64,000 nucleotides of DNA from Hypanus sabinus (Eukaryota), in assembly GCF_030144855.1 (NCBI RefSeq), contig NC_082734.1:17670001-17734000 (forward strand). Reading direction: 5' to 3'. The position numbers were made by a program, and so were the translations under genes. Of this stretch, positions 38,235 to 51,163 are shown piece by piece (the stretch's first letter is position 1; each line of letters starts with the position of its first letter). The notes below the pieces were generated by a model. The model had not been told where the DNA came from and made no database searches. It saw only the letters and a program-made list of their open reading frames with translations.

Positions 38235-39836
38235 CACAGAATTGTTCACAACGAAGAACAAATGAACAAATGAGATGGTCATACTGTTACAAAGCTGCAG
38301 TGATCAGGGTTTCTCCGGTTGGGTCAAGAACCACACGGTTGAAGGAAAGTCGCTGTTCTTGAACCTGGAGGAGTTGGAAAGGCTTCTCCACCTCATGCTG
38401 TTGGGAGCTGCAAGAATTTGATGGTCCTGGTGGTGGGGATCTTTGACGATGGACGTTGCCTTCTTGAGGCAGAGTTTCTCGTAGCTACCACTGACAGTGG
38501 GGAGGGGTGTGACTGTGATGTATTGGGGGTGAATCCGCTACTCCGTGCAGCTTCTAAAGTTCTTGTGCCGTACCAGACCGTGATGCAATTAGCCCGAAAA
38601 TCTTTCAGCAGTGCATCTGTGCAAGTTGGTTACGGTGTTCCGCGGGGCTGGAGTGTGAAGATCAGGTGTGGAAACACTGCTCTGTTTTACTCGCGCAGAC
38701 TGAAAATACTGAAGCTGGGGGCGGCGAGGTGCCTGTGGGTGAGCACCAGCGGGCCTCTCTCCTGGCCGCAGGCAGTAACCGATGGGTTCGACAGCGATCT
38801 GTCCCCAGCCGTTCAGTGTTCCTCAGCGATCGGGATGAAGGAACAGAGCGTTGCATCTCCCCATCAAAGGGGTGTGCAGACTGCGGGCAGGATTGGATGC
38901 AGCGCGGCTCCAGTGCAATGCGAAAATTGCGCTGGGAATGAAAGGGTTAATGTGTGGGGAGCGTTTCCTGGCTCCGTTCCTGTTCTCGCTGGAGTTTAGA
39001 AGAATGGAGAGGGGCGGGATCTCATTGAATACTGAAAGGCCTACACTGAGTAGATGCGGAGAAGATGTCTCCTATACTGGAGGAGGCTAGGGGAGGGCTC
39101 AGCCTCAGAATAGAACAGAGATGAGGAGGGATTTCTTTAGCCAGAGAGTGATGAATCTGTGGAATTGCCACAGACAGCTGTGAAGGCCAAGTCACTGGGT
39201 GTACTTAAGGCAGAGGTTTGATAGGTTCCTGATTAGTCGGAGTGGCGAAAGTTACATAGAGAAGGCAGGAGAACGGGGTTGCGAGGAATAATTAGTTATG
39301 CTCTTTGGATCTAACGTGTGAAGATCTCATTATCTGACAGCTGGAGGGTGGATTGGAGCTAGGGAGCGTGGAGTATGGTCTCCCGTTCCAGTCACTGAGA
39401 GAGCACGGTGTTCAGGAGCACAAAGCGGTTTGGCAGACAAATGGGACTCTGGCCCTCATCACAGGAGGATTTGGGTGCAGGAGCAAGCAAGTCAAATCTG
39501 CAGAATCTTGGTGAGATCTTGCCACCTCACCACTCCATCAATATCCTCCTGATGCCTGTGAAGTTTAACGTGCAGGTTTGCCTCTCTCTCCCCCATCCCT
39601 GTTTGAGGAAGGATGTTCTCACCAAAAAGGTAGCTCTCTAAATGTATTGCTCCCTGGGGTGCCACGTGTTGTGTGAGAAAGGAAAGGGCCAATTGGACCT
39701 TATCATCATTAGCCTTTAGAAGAATGAGAGAAGATCTTGTAGAATGTATAATATGTGAACTGACTAGATGCCTGTTACTGCTCAAAATGGCAGAAAGTAG
39801 AAGGCACAGCTCAACTCATCACAGAATCCTACCTCC

Positions 39837-41452
39837 CCACACATCTCCCGTTCATGGACCCGACACGTCTCCCGTTCATGGACCCCACACATCTCCCGTT
39901 CATGGACCCTACACATCTCCCATTCATGAACCCTACACATCTCCCGTTCATGGACCCTACACATCTCCCATTCATGGACCCTACACATCTCCCATTCATG
40001 GACTCTACACATCTCCTCCTCATGGACTCTACATATCTCCCGTTCATGGACCCTACACATCTCCCATTCATGGACCCTACACATTACCCGTTCATGGACT
40101 CTACACATCTCCCGTTCATGGACCCTACACATCTCCCATTCATGGACCCTACACATCTCCCATTCATGGACCCTACACATCTCCCATTCATGGACTCTAC
40201 ACATCTCCTCCTCATGGACTCTACATATCTCCCGTTCATGGACTCTACACATCTCCCATTCATGGACCCTACACATCTCCCATTCATGGACCCTACACAT
40301 TACCCGTTCATGGACCCTACACATCTCCCATTCATGGACCCTACACATCTCCCGTTCATGGACCCTACACATCTCCCATTCATGGACCCTACACATTACC
40401 CGTTCATGGACTCTACACATTACCCGTTCATGGACTCTACACATCTCCCGTTCATGGACCCTACACATCTCCCATTCATGGACCCTACACATCTCCCATT
40501 CATGAACCCTACACATCTCCCGTTCATGGACCCTACACATCTCCCATTCATGGACCCTACACATCTCCCATTCATGGACTCTACACATCTCCTCCTCATG
40601 GACTCTACATATCTCCCGTTCATGGACCCTACACATCTCCCATTCATGGACCCTACACATTACCCGTTCATGGACTCTACACATCTCCCGTTCATGGACC
40701 CTACACATCTCCCATTCATGGACCCTACACATCTCCCATTCATGGACCCTACACATCTCCCATTCATGGACTCTACACATCTCCTCCTCATGGACTCTAC
40801 ATATCTCCCGTTCATGGACTCTACACATCTCCCATTCATGGACCCTACACATCTCCCATTCATGGACCCTACACATTACCCGTTCATGGACCCTACACAT
40901 CTCCCATTCATGGACCCTACACATCTCCCGTTCATGGACCCTACACATCTCCCATTCATGGACCCTACACATTACCCGTTCATGGACTCTACACATTACC
41001 CGTTCATGGACTCTACACATCTCCCGTTCATGGACCCTACACATCTCCCATTCATGGACCCTACACATCTCCCATTCATGGACCCTACACATTACCCGTT
41101 CATGGACCCTACACATCTCCCGGTCATGGACTCTACACATCTCCCGTTCATGAGTCTACACATCTCCCACCATGGACTCTAACATCTCCTCCTCATGGAC
41201 TCTACACATCTCCCGTTCATGGACCCTACACATCTCCCATTCATGGACCCTACACATCTCCCGTTCATGGACCCTACACATCTCCCATTCATGAGTCTAC
41301 ATATCTCCCATTCATGAGTCTACACATCTCCCACCATGGACTCTAACATCTCCTCCTCATGGACCCTACACATCTCCCATTCATGGACCCTACACATCTC
41401 CCATTCATGAGTCTACACATCTCCCATTCATGGACCCTACACATCTCCCACC
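39837..41452. repeat. 24-bp minisatellite (~67 units) with 576-bp higher-order duplication
   Basis: Unit CATGGACCCTACACATCTCCC(A/G)TT; rare CATGAA variant at 39925 and 40501 with the same order of variants after each. Confidence 0.97.
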
Positions 41453-43343
41453 ATAGAGTCATCACTTGCCACCTCGGCGAGGAAGCCAATATAATCACAC
41501 ACCCTGGAATATTCTCTCCTTTCCTCTCTCCCACTGGACAGAAGAACCTGAAAGCAGTCCCACCAGGTTCAAGGACAGCTTCTATTCTGCTATGAAACTC
41601 CTAGACGATACAACGGACTCTTGACTTCACAGTCCCCTCGTTCTGACCTTGCCGCTTACTGCTCGCCTGCTCTGTGCTTTCCCCACCTTGTCTTGTTGTT
41701 TTACCCTGTTCCACCTTCACGCACTGTGTCCTGATCCGATCTGTATGAACAGTACACAAGACAAGATGCTCACTGTATCTCAGTACAGGTGTTAATTGCC
41801 AACCAAACTGGTTCAATGCAGGATTGTCTGGTGCAGGGAGGGTGGGGTTAGGGACGGGGAGTATCTGACAGCGTTAAACTGGAGTGGATGATAAACTGTA
41901 AACTATTAAGATGGCGCTGGCGAAGCCCAATGAAACAAAGAATATAACTAAATCATTAATAGAACTTTTTTTTCCGGTAAACAATCACTGCAGACAATGG
42001 AGCAGCGAGCCTGGGCCGAGGATCGATGTGTGTGTGGCTGCTCCAGGCTTCACTGCTATGGACTCACTTTGGTTCGGAGAGCTATTTGCTGACTTTTATT
42101 TTTTTGCACGATTTGTTTTTCTTCACTCTCTGCGCATTGAGTGTTTGTCGGTCTTTTATGGGCTCTTTTGGCTCTGTTTCATGTTACCTGTAACGAATCG
42201 AATCTCAAGGTTTTATAATGTACATGCACTTTGATAACAAATGTACTTTGAATGGAAGCAGTTAAAGAGGCAGAACGCAGACGAAACAAGTGGGAGGTGT
42301 GAAATGGAACTCACACACCCGGCTGTTGGCTAAGGAAGTTCTGCGCTCCCAGTGATAAAGAGAAAAGGGGAAAGATAATCAGCTGATCAGATACCACTCA
42401 AGAGCCGTGGATCTGAATCATTAATTCTGAGGCAACCCACACTTTAACTGTGTTTCCCTCTTCACAGAAACAGCATGTTTTGCTGAGTATTCCCAGCAAC
42501 GCATACAAAATGCTGGAGGAACTCAGCAGGCCAGGTATCACCTATGGAGAGGAATAAACAGTCGACATTTTGGGCCGAGACCCTTCATCATCAGGACTGG
42601 AAAAAAGTCAAGAGAAGTTCTCAAAGACCTGCTGAGTTCCTCCAGCGTTTTGAGTACGTCTCCTCGGATTTCCAGCATCTGCAGATTTTCTCGCGTTTGA
42701 GAGCACTTGCAGCAATTTCCATCTCAGATGCTGGAAGAACTCAGCAGGCCGGGCAGCATCCGTGGAAAGGAATAAACAGTCGACCAAGACCCTTCTTCAG
42801 GGCTGGGAAATTTTAAAAAAAAACTAGATTTCAGCTGAGTTCTTCCAGCATTTTGTGTGTGCGTTGCTTTGGATTTCCAGAAACTGCAGGTCCACTGGTG
42901 TTTGTGAATATTGACCTTGGTCCTCCAAAATATTCCACATGGAATTTAAACTGGAGGTGATGAAGGGTGGACTTAAGAAGGAGATTTCTGAAGAAGAAGA
43001 AGAGCTGTCTTAAATTTAATTGGGTTTGATTGTGTGACTATGGTAGGATGAAGATAATTCTACGCTTTAATTGTGTAGGGGAAGAATGAATTGCTGACTC
43101 GTTCGCAGCAGTTTAAGGTTCAACACCCGCGGTAGTGGGAGGGGTCGGGTGGGGAGGAGAACACCCCTCATCAGCGGTGTGTGTATCTGAGTTAACATGA
43201 TGCTCAGGAAGTGTATAGTCCGCAAAGGAACTTCGGAAAAGGAATGAGAGACAACGCCTGAATGTTTATTGTTAGTAATTTTTATTTCTTTGTCTTTAAT
43301 CCTTGCCTGAAGTTAGAGTCGATGAATGGCTTATTGTAAGCAT

Positions 43344-43578
43344 TGTGGCGACCCACTTCCTAGCGCACTCGAACCGGCTCACAAATGGCCAGCGCGCCGG
43401 CACAACGGTCAGTCCCAAAAGGCCGCCAGCTCTGTTTCACCAACAAAGGGAAAAAAGCTGCTGGGGATTGTGAATACGTGCCCCCTTACAGCATCCGCGC
43501 CTGGGGACGGCTGTGAAGTTGAAATAAAACCTTTCTTCAACTGCAGTTTACCGACTCCCGAGTCGTGACACCGCTACC
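43344..43578 (+). mobile_element. Gypsy solo LTR (family of the 61183 element)
   Basis: TGTGGCGACCCACTTCCTAGCG...CACCGCTAC; TSD GCAT/GCCT. Confidence 0.85.
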
Positions 43579-43702
43579 GCCTCTCTAATTGGAGCAGGAA
43601 CAGCGATCGGACACATCTCCACGGCCAGATTCCGGGCACCTCCGGAGGGATGGAGTGAGGAAGCTCCAGCACAGCCTGTTTTTCATTCACAAGGGGGATT
43701 AC

Positions 43703-43853
43703 CGGGCAGATCGCGGCACTGCGGCATCCCGCAAAGTAGGCGGGTCACCTATCGGGCGACCTTTACCCGCTCAAAAATTCCTCTCGCACGTAGCGGCGAG
43801 GACCCGGGCGTCACCCCGGACCGTTATTTTCCTTACTCATTAGTTTAAGGCAT
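43703..43853 (-). ncRNA. RNU12: U12 minor spliceosomal snRNA
   Basis: Reverse complement reads ATGCCTTAAACTAATGAGTAAGGAAAATAAC...GGGGTGACGCCC...AATTTTTG (Sm site) AGCGGGTAAAGGTCGCCC..GGTGACCCGCCTACTTTGCGGGATGCC...GCGATCTGCCCG; 151 nt. Confidence 0.97.
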
Positions 43854-43894
43854 ACGGAACCACCGCTGCCGCTGCAACTAGAGTTTGAGCACAT

Positions 43895-43913
43895 CCACTC
43901 AAAGTCAGGGTGA
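43895..43913 (-). promoter_or_regulatory. snRNA proximal sequence element (PSE) of U12
   Basis: TCACCCTGACTTTGAGTGG at -60 to -42 of the U12 start, no TATA (Pol II type). Confidence 0.85.
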
Positions 43914-44040
43914 GACAGGGCCAACTACTTAACAATAAAACATTCCATGCCTCTCATCAAGTGATTCCCACCCGCCTTCAGTCATTTCCCTGCACACAAG
44001 CTACCGATGTAAAGAAAAGAAAATATATGTAAAGTAGGGT

Positions 44041-44110
44041 TTCCCGGAGCATTATGGGAATGCTTTTTTCCCGCGGACGTGTGATAGAGGTTCATGGGAT
44101 TTGTAGTTCC
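44041..44110 (-). promoter_or_regulatory. U12 distal element: ZNF143/Staf (SPH) sites
   Basis: TTCCCATAATGC (44049-44060) and GGAACTACAAATCCCATG (44093-44110) on - strand, about -200 to -255. Confidence 0.8.
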
Positions 44111-44929
44111 AAACTCATCTTTGCCCTGGATGTCTTACAAGGCTGGGAGAAACATCATTCGTGAATCCACTCTGTAACGCCCTACAAGAATTTTGGGGGT
44201 TTCTATCACTCATCCTTCTAAACACAGTGGTGTGCTTAACCTGCCTCTGCAGATAAATCCCCAGGAATCCCTCTGGTGACATTTCATTAACTGGCATAAC
44301 ATTGTGAGCTGAAGGGCCTGTACTGTACTGTAGTATTCTTTCTATGTTCACTTCAGGATATCCTTCTCTCGGGCAGTCAGACCAGAGCTGTTGCTCACAT
44401 TCCAGATATAACCTCACCAGGCTCTTTATAACTGGAGCTGGGCTTCACTACTCCACTCCCACCCTCAAACAATAAAGCCAGCTGCATTGCAACGTGAACA
44501 AAATGCTGCAGGAACTCAGCAGGCCAGGCAGCATCTAAGGAAGAGAGTAAACGGTCAACGGTTCGGGTCAAGACCCTTCAGCAGGACCGGAAACAAAGCT
44601 GAGAAGTCAGGGTAAGAAAGTGAGGGAGGGGAGGAAGAAGAACAAGGTAGGAGGTGGGAGGGGAAACCGGGAGAGGGAGGGGGAGGGGAATGAAGTAAAG
44701 AGTTGGGAAGTTAATTGGTGAAAGAGATACAATGATGGAGAAGGGGGAATCTGACAGGAGAGGACAGAGGCCATGGAAGAAAGGGTCACCAGAGGAGGTG
44801 AAATGGGAATGGTGAAGGGGGATACAATTACCGGAAGTTTGAGAAATTGATGTTCATGCCCTCAGGTTGGAGGTTACCCAGACGTCACCTTTATCTGTAC
44901 TTGAGGATTAACTGTCAATGATCTGTGTA

Positions 44930-46510
44930 CCCAGGATCCTGCTGAAGACCATCTGTAGATGATAAGATCCTGCCGAAGACCATCGCCAACATGGTCCAGT
45001 CTACTCTGGGACAGGTGATCCACCTGGACCAAATCTGTGCAACATCTCACAGGAAATGTTCTGGCAGACTAATATGGGTCAGGGGTGGATGCCTGCCTGG
45101 TCAGCTTGGACCAGGAGAAAGTCTTCAACATAATATCACACACACACACGGCGGAGGTACTCTCCAGAATGGGATTTGGGGCGGGAATCCGGAATTGGAT
45201 CAAACTGCTCTACACGGACATCTGTAGCACAGTCCAGGTCAATGGGTGGGAAACAGACAGCTTCCCCAACAGGCAGGGCTGCCCTCTCTCCCCTGTCTTG
45301 TACCCTTTGCCAAAGCCATCAGGAGGGATGGGGGCATAGGAGGGGTGACACTGCCAGGCAGTGGAGGGACCCAAGTCAAAACCTCCCTGAACATGGACGA
45401 TGTCACCGTCTTCTGCTCCGATCTGAGGTCAGTTCGCAGGCGGATCAGCATCTGAGAACAGTTCGAGTAGGCGTCGGGGGCCAGGGTCAACCGCACTAAG
45501 AGCGAAGCCATGCTCTTCGGCAACTGGCCCGACCGATCCAGCGTCATCTGGAAGCACTGGAGATCCGGTTCTCTGGGGTCTGGTTCTGACCCCCCAACCC
45601 CCGGGTCAGGAAATGCAGCTGGAGAGGACAGACAAGGTGAAGCAGAAATTAGGGGCGTGGGAGCCACGTTTCCTCGCAAGGCAAGGCCAGACCCTGGTCA
45701 TCGGGTGCAAGATGCTCTCCGCGTGGCAGAGCTTGGCGCAAGTGTGACCCATTCCCCGCTCCCACAGCGTGACCCCCCCAAAGGCATCTCCCGTCGAGCC
45801 CCATAAAACGGGAGTGACTGGAGACTCAGCATCTCCCTCATGCTTCCATGGTTCCATCTAATATCAGAGAGTGTGTACAGTACACGACCTGTAACTTCTT
45901 TCTCTTCACAGATTTCCACGATCCAAAGAATGAATGACAGGAAAATGCCAAACCCCTTCTCCTCCCTCCCACACACAGCAAAGGATCAACCCTCTCCCCC
46001 ACCTGCCTCAGCAAAAAGCCACAGCCGCCCCACCCCACCCACCATGCAAGGAGTAGCAAAGCTCCCAGAGAGACCACGATCTAGGGTCCATCGTTCATCC
46101 CACAGGCTCTCTCTCTCTGATTGAGGGAGACAGAGGTATCGCTCCTGCCATAGCAGCTGGTGGTTTCGAGGTTAGAGTCTGCAGTGTCACTTATTCTGGC
46201 AGCAGCGTCCACTGCTGTCTCGATGTTCTGATCTCCTGTCAGTGACACCGGCTCAGGATCAGTTCGGCCACATCCCTGAGGCGCCCGTCTTGCGGGCTGC
46301 TCCCGGAGATATGGAAAATGCCAGGCCGCTCGGCGGGCTCCGAGAGTGGGAACCCACCACCGTGGAGAACCGCAGTTTGAGTGCAACGGTTGAGCACGGA
46401 CACTGACAGGACCCCAGCCACCTTGTAAAGGAAAGAAGAGACATTACTGAGAAGAATTTGAAACTGTTCCGGAGATGGACTGGGAGAAGCCATCCTCTGA
46501 CGCCATCTTC
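44930..46510 (+). mobile_element. Fragmented L1/Tx1-like LINE ORF2
   Basis: LVSLDQEKVFN.ISH, FGAGIRNWIKLLY, RQGCPLSP, MDDVTVF; broken, with unrelated sequence in the middle. Confidence 0.7.
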
Positions 46511-47379
46511 AGCTCCTCCCCGTCCCAAGATCTTTGATCTCTCTGCTTAGATACACTGTTCAGGATCTTGCCCTTAACAGTCTCCTTACATTTACCCTAC
46601 CAAGGTGCAACACCTCACTTTTATCTGGGTTAAACTCCATCTGCCATTTCTCTGCCCATATCTGCAACTGGTCTATACTGCACTGTATTCTTAGCCAGTC
46701 TCCTACACTATCCACAACTCCACCGATCTCGGTATCTTCTGCAAACTTATTAACTCACCCATCTACGATTTCATCCAGGGCCATTTATATTCAGTCCCTT
46801 GTCCAGTAGCCCGACCTGTGTGTATTCCCAAACCTCTCTAAATGCTCCATGCCCCCCCCCCTCCAGCTGCACAGATGATGGTCGACCCACTGAGTCCCTC
46901 CAGGCGCTAACCCTAATGCAGCCGAAGACTCTCACGAGTGTCTACGCGTGTCCAGTGGAAAGCGGTTGCATCACAGCCTGGTGCAGAAGCTCCAAAGCAC
47001 AGGCTCATTAGCGGCTGCAAGAGCTTCTCGTCTCAGCCAGCTCCACCGCAGGCAGAACCCTGCCCATCGTCAAAGATATAGAAACGTAGAAAACCTACAG
47101 GCCCTTCGGCCCACAATGCTGTGCCTGTGGCGGCTCATTTCCTAGCGTATGCGAACCGACTCACAATTAGATAGCCTACGGGGGTTTGCGAGCACAGAGC
47201 TTTGGAGCTTCTTCGCCATGGGGGGCCGGTTGACAGAGGCTTAAAAGTGAGGCTGAAGTTTTCGAATAAAGTTTTTCCTTCGACTGCAGTTACCGACTCC
47301 GTGTCGTAATTTTAGCGCTGCTTGTAGCACACCGCTACAATTGGTGACCCCGACGGTCCAAACGATTTTTGGACCAGAA

Positions 47380-48066
47380 ATGACCGACGCCGCCTCTGTT
47401 CATGCGGTTTCGTTGAAACTGCCGGGTTTCTGGACACAGCGCCCGGACCTATGGTTCCAGCAAGCCGAAGCCCAATTCCACGTTCGCCGGATCACCTCAG
47501 AAGACACCCGCTACTACTACGTGGTGGGCTCCCTCGACCAGGACACAGCTGCCCAGGTCGCGGAGTTCGTACAGTCGCCCCCGGCAGACGGCAAGTACAC
47601 GGAATTCAAAGCTCTGCTCCTCAGGACTTTCGGACTCTCTCGGCGTGAGCGGGCTGCCCGTTTACTGCACCTGGATGGCTTGGGCGACAGACCTCCATCG
47701 GCTTTAATGAATGAGATGTTGTCTCTGGCCGAGGGACACACAAGCCTCATGTTTGAGCAGGCATTCCTGGAGCAGCTGCCCGAGGACATACGCCTGCTGC
47801 TGTCCGACGCGGATTTCAGTGACCCCCGGAAGGTGGCAGCCCGGGCGGACTTGCTGTGGAACGCCAAAAAGGTGAGCGGGGCGTCCATCGCACAGATCTC
47901 CCAGCCACGCTCCCGGCAGCAAACCAGTCCAGGCCCGGCCGCAGAGCCCACTAACCCCCGGCCCAATGACCACTGGTGCTTCTACCACCAGCGGTGGGGC
48001 GCAGAAGCCCGCCGTTGCCGCCCGCCCTGCAAGTTCCCGGGAAACGCCAGGGCCAGCCGCCGCTGA
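47380..48066 (+). CDS. Gypsy Gag
   Basis: ATG 47380; [21 protein letters not shown]; C-terminal [16 protein letters not shown] Cys/His motif. Confidence 0.9.
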   Translation: MTDAASVHAVSLKLPGFWTQRPDLWFQQAEAQFHVRRITSEDTRYYYVVGSLDQDTAAQVAEFVQSPPADGKYTEFKALLLRTFGLSRRERAARLLHLDGLGDRPPSALMNEMLSLAEGHTSLMFEQAFLEQLPEDIRLLLSDADFSDPRKVAARADLLWNAKKVSGASIAQISQPRSRQQTSPGPAAEPTNPRPNDHWCFYHQRWGAEARRCRPPCKFPGNARASRR

Positions 48067-51000
48067 TGGCTACGGCGGCTGGCCATCGGGATAGCCTCCT
48101 GTATGTGTGGGATAGCAGGTCGGGACGCCGCTTTTTGGTCGATACTGGGGCTGAGGTCAGCGTTTTACCTCCGACGAGTTACGACACCCGCAGCAGGGCA
48201 CCGGGTCCCCCCCTGAGGGCCGTGAATGGCAGCACAGTAAGGACCTATGGCACCCGTCAGGTGCAGCTACAGTTCGGCCCCAGCCAGTTCACGTGGGACT
48301 TCACACTGGCCGCCGTAGCCCAACCGCTTCTGGGTGCGGATTTTTTGCGAGCTCACAGCCTGCTGGTTGACCTGCCCAGGAAGAGACTGGTACACGCCGA
48401 GACCTTTCAGACGTTCTCCCTGGGCGCGGCCCAGTTGCCAGCCCCTCACCTCGGCTCCATCACGCTGTCCGACAACAACTTCACCAGGGTCCTGGCGGAG
48501 TTCCCATCGGTTCTGGCACCGCAGTTCACAGCAGCCATGCCCAGGCACGGCGTACAGCACCACATCCCGACACAGGGACCACCCCTCCATGCCCGTGCTC
48601 GGCGGCTTCCCCCGGACAAGCTCCGACTGGCGAAGGAGGAGTTCCAGAGAATGGAGGAATTGGGGATCATCCGGCGGTCCGACAGCCCCTGGGCTTCCCC
48701 CCTGCACATGGTGCCCAAAGCGACGGGGGGCTGGAGACCGTGCGGCGACTACCGCAGGCTGAACGAGGCTACCACACCGGACCGCTACCCTGTGCCGCAC
48801 ATTCAGGACTTTGCGGCAAACCTGCACGGCGCCCGGATCTTCTCCAAGGTCGACCTTGTCCGAGGGTACCATCAAATCCCGATGCATCCTGACGACGTCC
48901 CCAAAACGGCTCTCATCACCCCGTTTGGCCTCTTCGAGTTCCTCCGCATGCCGTTCGGCCTGAAGAATGCCGCACAGACGTTCCAGCGGTTAATGGACGC
49001 GGTGGGACGGGACCTGGACTTCGCGTTCATCTATTTGGATGACATCCTCATAGCCAGCGGCAGTCGTCAGGAGCATCTGTCCCACCTCCGTCAACTCTGC
49101 GCCCGACTGAGTGAGTACGGTCTTACAATCAACCCTGCCAAATGCCAGTTCGGACTTGATACCATTGACTTCCTGGGCCACAGGATTACTAAAGACGGGG
49201 CAACCCCTCTGCCCGCTAAGGTAGATGCGGTCCGCCACTTCCCCCGACCCACCACGATCAAAGGCCTTCAGGAATTCGTAGGTATGGTCAATTTCTACCG
49301 CCGCTTCCTCCCTTCAGCTGCCCGGATCATGCGCCCCCTGTTCGCCCTGATGTCGGGTCCGAGCAAGAACATTACCTGGGACGAGGAGTCCGCCGCCGCT
49401 TTCGTTCAAACGAAGGAAGCTTTGGCTGACGCCGCAATGCTAGTACATCCCAGAATGGACACCCCTACCGCCCTCACAGTGGACGCATCAAACACGGCAG
49501 TCGGTGGGGTGCTGGAGCAACTCATCGCAGGTCGCTGGCAAACCCTGGCGTTTTGCGGCCACCCGAGCTCAAGTACAGTGCTTTTGACCGGGAACTGTTG
49601 GCGCTCTACCTGGCAATCCGGCATTTCAGGTACTTCCTAGAAGGCCGGCCCTTCACCGCGTTCACGGACCACAAACCGCTTACCTTTGCGTTTACAAAAG
49701 CATCCGACCCCTGGTCATCCCGCCAGCAACGCCACCTGTCCTACATCTCTGAATACACAACGGATGTCCGGCACGTCTCGGGTAAGGACAATGTCGTGGC
49801 GGATGCGCTCTCTCGCCCTACCGTTCATGCCCTTTCCCAAGGGGTAGACTTTGAGGCACTGGCAGAGGCACAGCAGGTAGATGAGGAGATTCCGAGTTAC
49901 AGGACTGCAGTCTCTGGTTTGCAGCTCCAGGACTTCCCCCTGGGCCCGGGTGAGAGGACCCTACTCTGTGACGTCGCCACCGGCCGGCCCCGTCCGGTCG
50001 TCCCCGCAGCCTGGCGGCGACGTGTTTTCGACTCCATTCATAACTTGGCGCATCCCTCCATCCGGACAACTGTCCGGATGGTTTCCAGCAGGTTCGTTTG
50101 GCACGGACTCCGCAAACAGGTCAGTGAATGGGCCAGAACGTGCATGCACTGCCAGACGGCCAAGGTGCAGCGGCACACCAAAGCCCCACCGCAGCAGTTC
50201 CATCCCGCCCACCGGCGTTTCGACCACATTCATGTGGATATCGTGGGCCCCCTGCCAGTGTCACGCGGAGCGCGTTACCTCCTGACTATCGTGGACCGGT
50301 TCACAAGATGGCCAGAGGCGGTCCCGCTCACCGACACCACCTCCGAATCTTGCGCCCGAGCCCTGCTCGCCACCTGGATATCCCGCTTTGGTGTACCAGC
50401 CCACATTACCTCCGACAGAGGCGCCCAGTTCACCTCCAGCCTGTGGTCAGCTATGGCCAGCCTTTTGGGGACTCAGCTGCACCACACCACTGCCTACCAC
50501 CCACAGTCGAACGGGCTAGTGGAGCGTTTCCACCGTCACCTGAAGTCGGCCCTCATGGCCCGCCTGCGAGGAGCCAACTGGGCGGACGAGCTTCCCTGGG
50601 TCCTACTCGGCATTCGCACAGCGCCCAAGGACGACCTGCACGCCTCGTCGGCCGAGTTGGTATACGGCGCGCCCCTGGTCGTCCCCGGGGAGTTCCTACC
50701 AGCCCCAAGGGGGCAAGAGGAAGCTCCCGCAGCAGTCCTGGGCAGACTTCGCGAGAAGCTCGGTAACCTGGCCCCCATACCCACTTCACAGCATGGGCGG
50801 CACCCGACCTGCGTACCCAAAGACCTACGGAACTGTAAGTTTGTGTTTGTACGAAGGGGCGGGCATCGGCCGCCGCTGCAGCGGCCATACGAGGGGCCGT
50901 TTACGGTGCTCCGGAACAACGGGTCCACGTTCGTGCTGGACGTTGGGGGGAAGGAGGAGGTTTTCACGGTGGACCGCCTCAAGCCGGCCCATGTGGACCT

Positions 51001-51163
51001 GGCGCAACCGGCCGAGTTTCCGGCGCCTCGGCGCAGAGGCCGACCTCCCAAGCAGATTCTGGCCCAGGCTGTGGACATTGGGGGGTGTATCGCCGGTTCT
51101 GGGGGGGGGGGTTATGTGGCGGCTCATTTCCTAGCGTATGCGAACCGACTCACAATTAGATAG
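48039..51163 (+). pseudogene. Gypsy Pol (protease, RT, RNase H, integrase), interrupted by one frameshift near 49553
   Basis: LVDTGA, YLDD, LTVDAS, HHCC and D,D-35-E motifs, GPY-like RPYEGPF; two ORFs 47976-49640 and 49553-51163. Confidence 0.92.

Noticed and set aside
39673-41346. 557/452/442-aa repetitive ORFs as real protein genes
   Set aside because: By-product of a stop-free 24-bp unit; open on both strands, no promoter or splice context, embedded in a LINE remnant
39837-41452. CRISPR-like array
   Set aside because: Head-to-tail tandem units with no unique spacers; eukaryotic context, no cas genes
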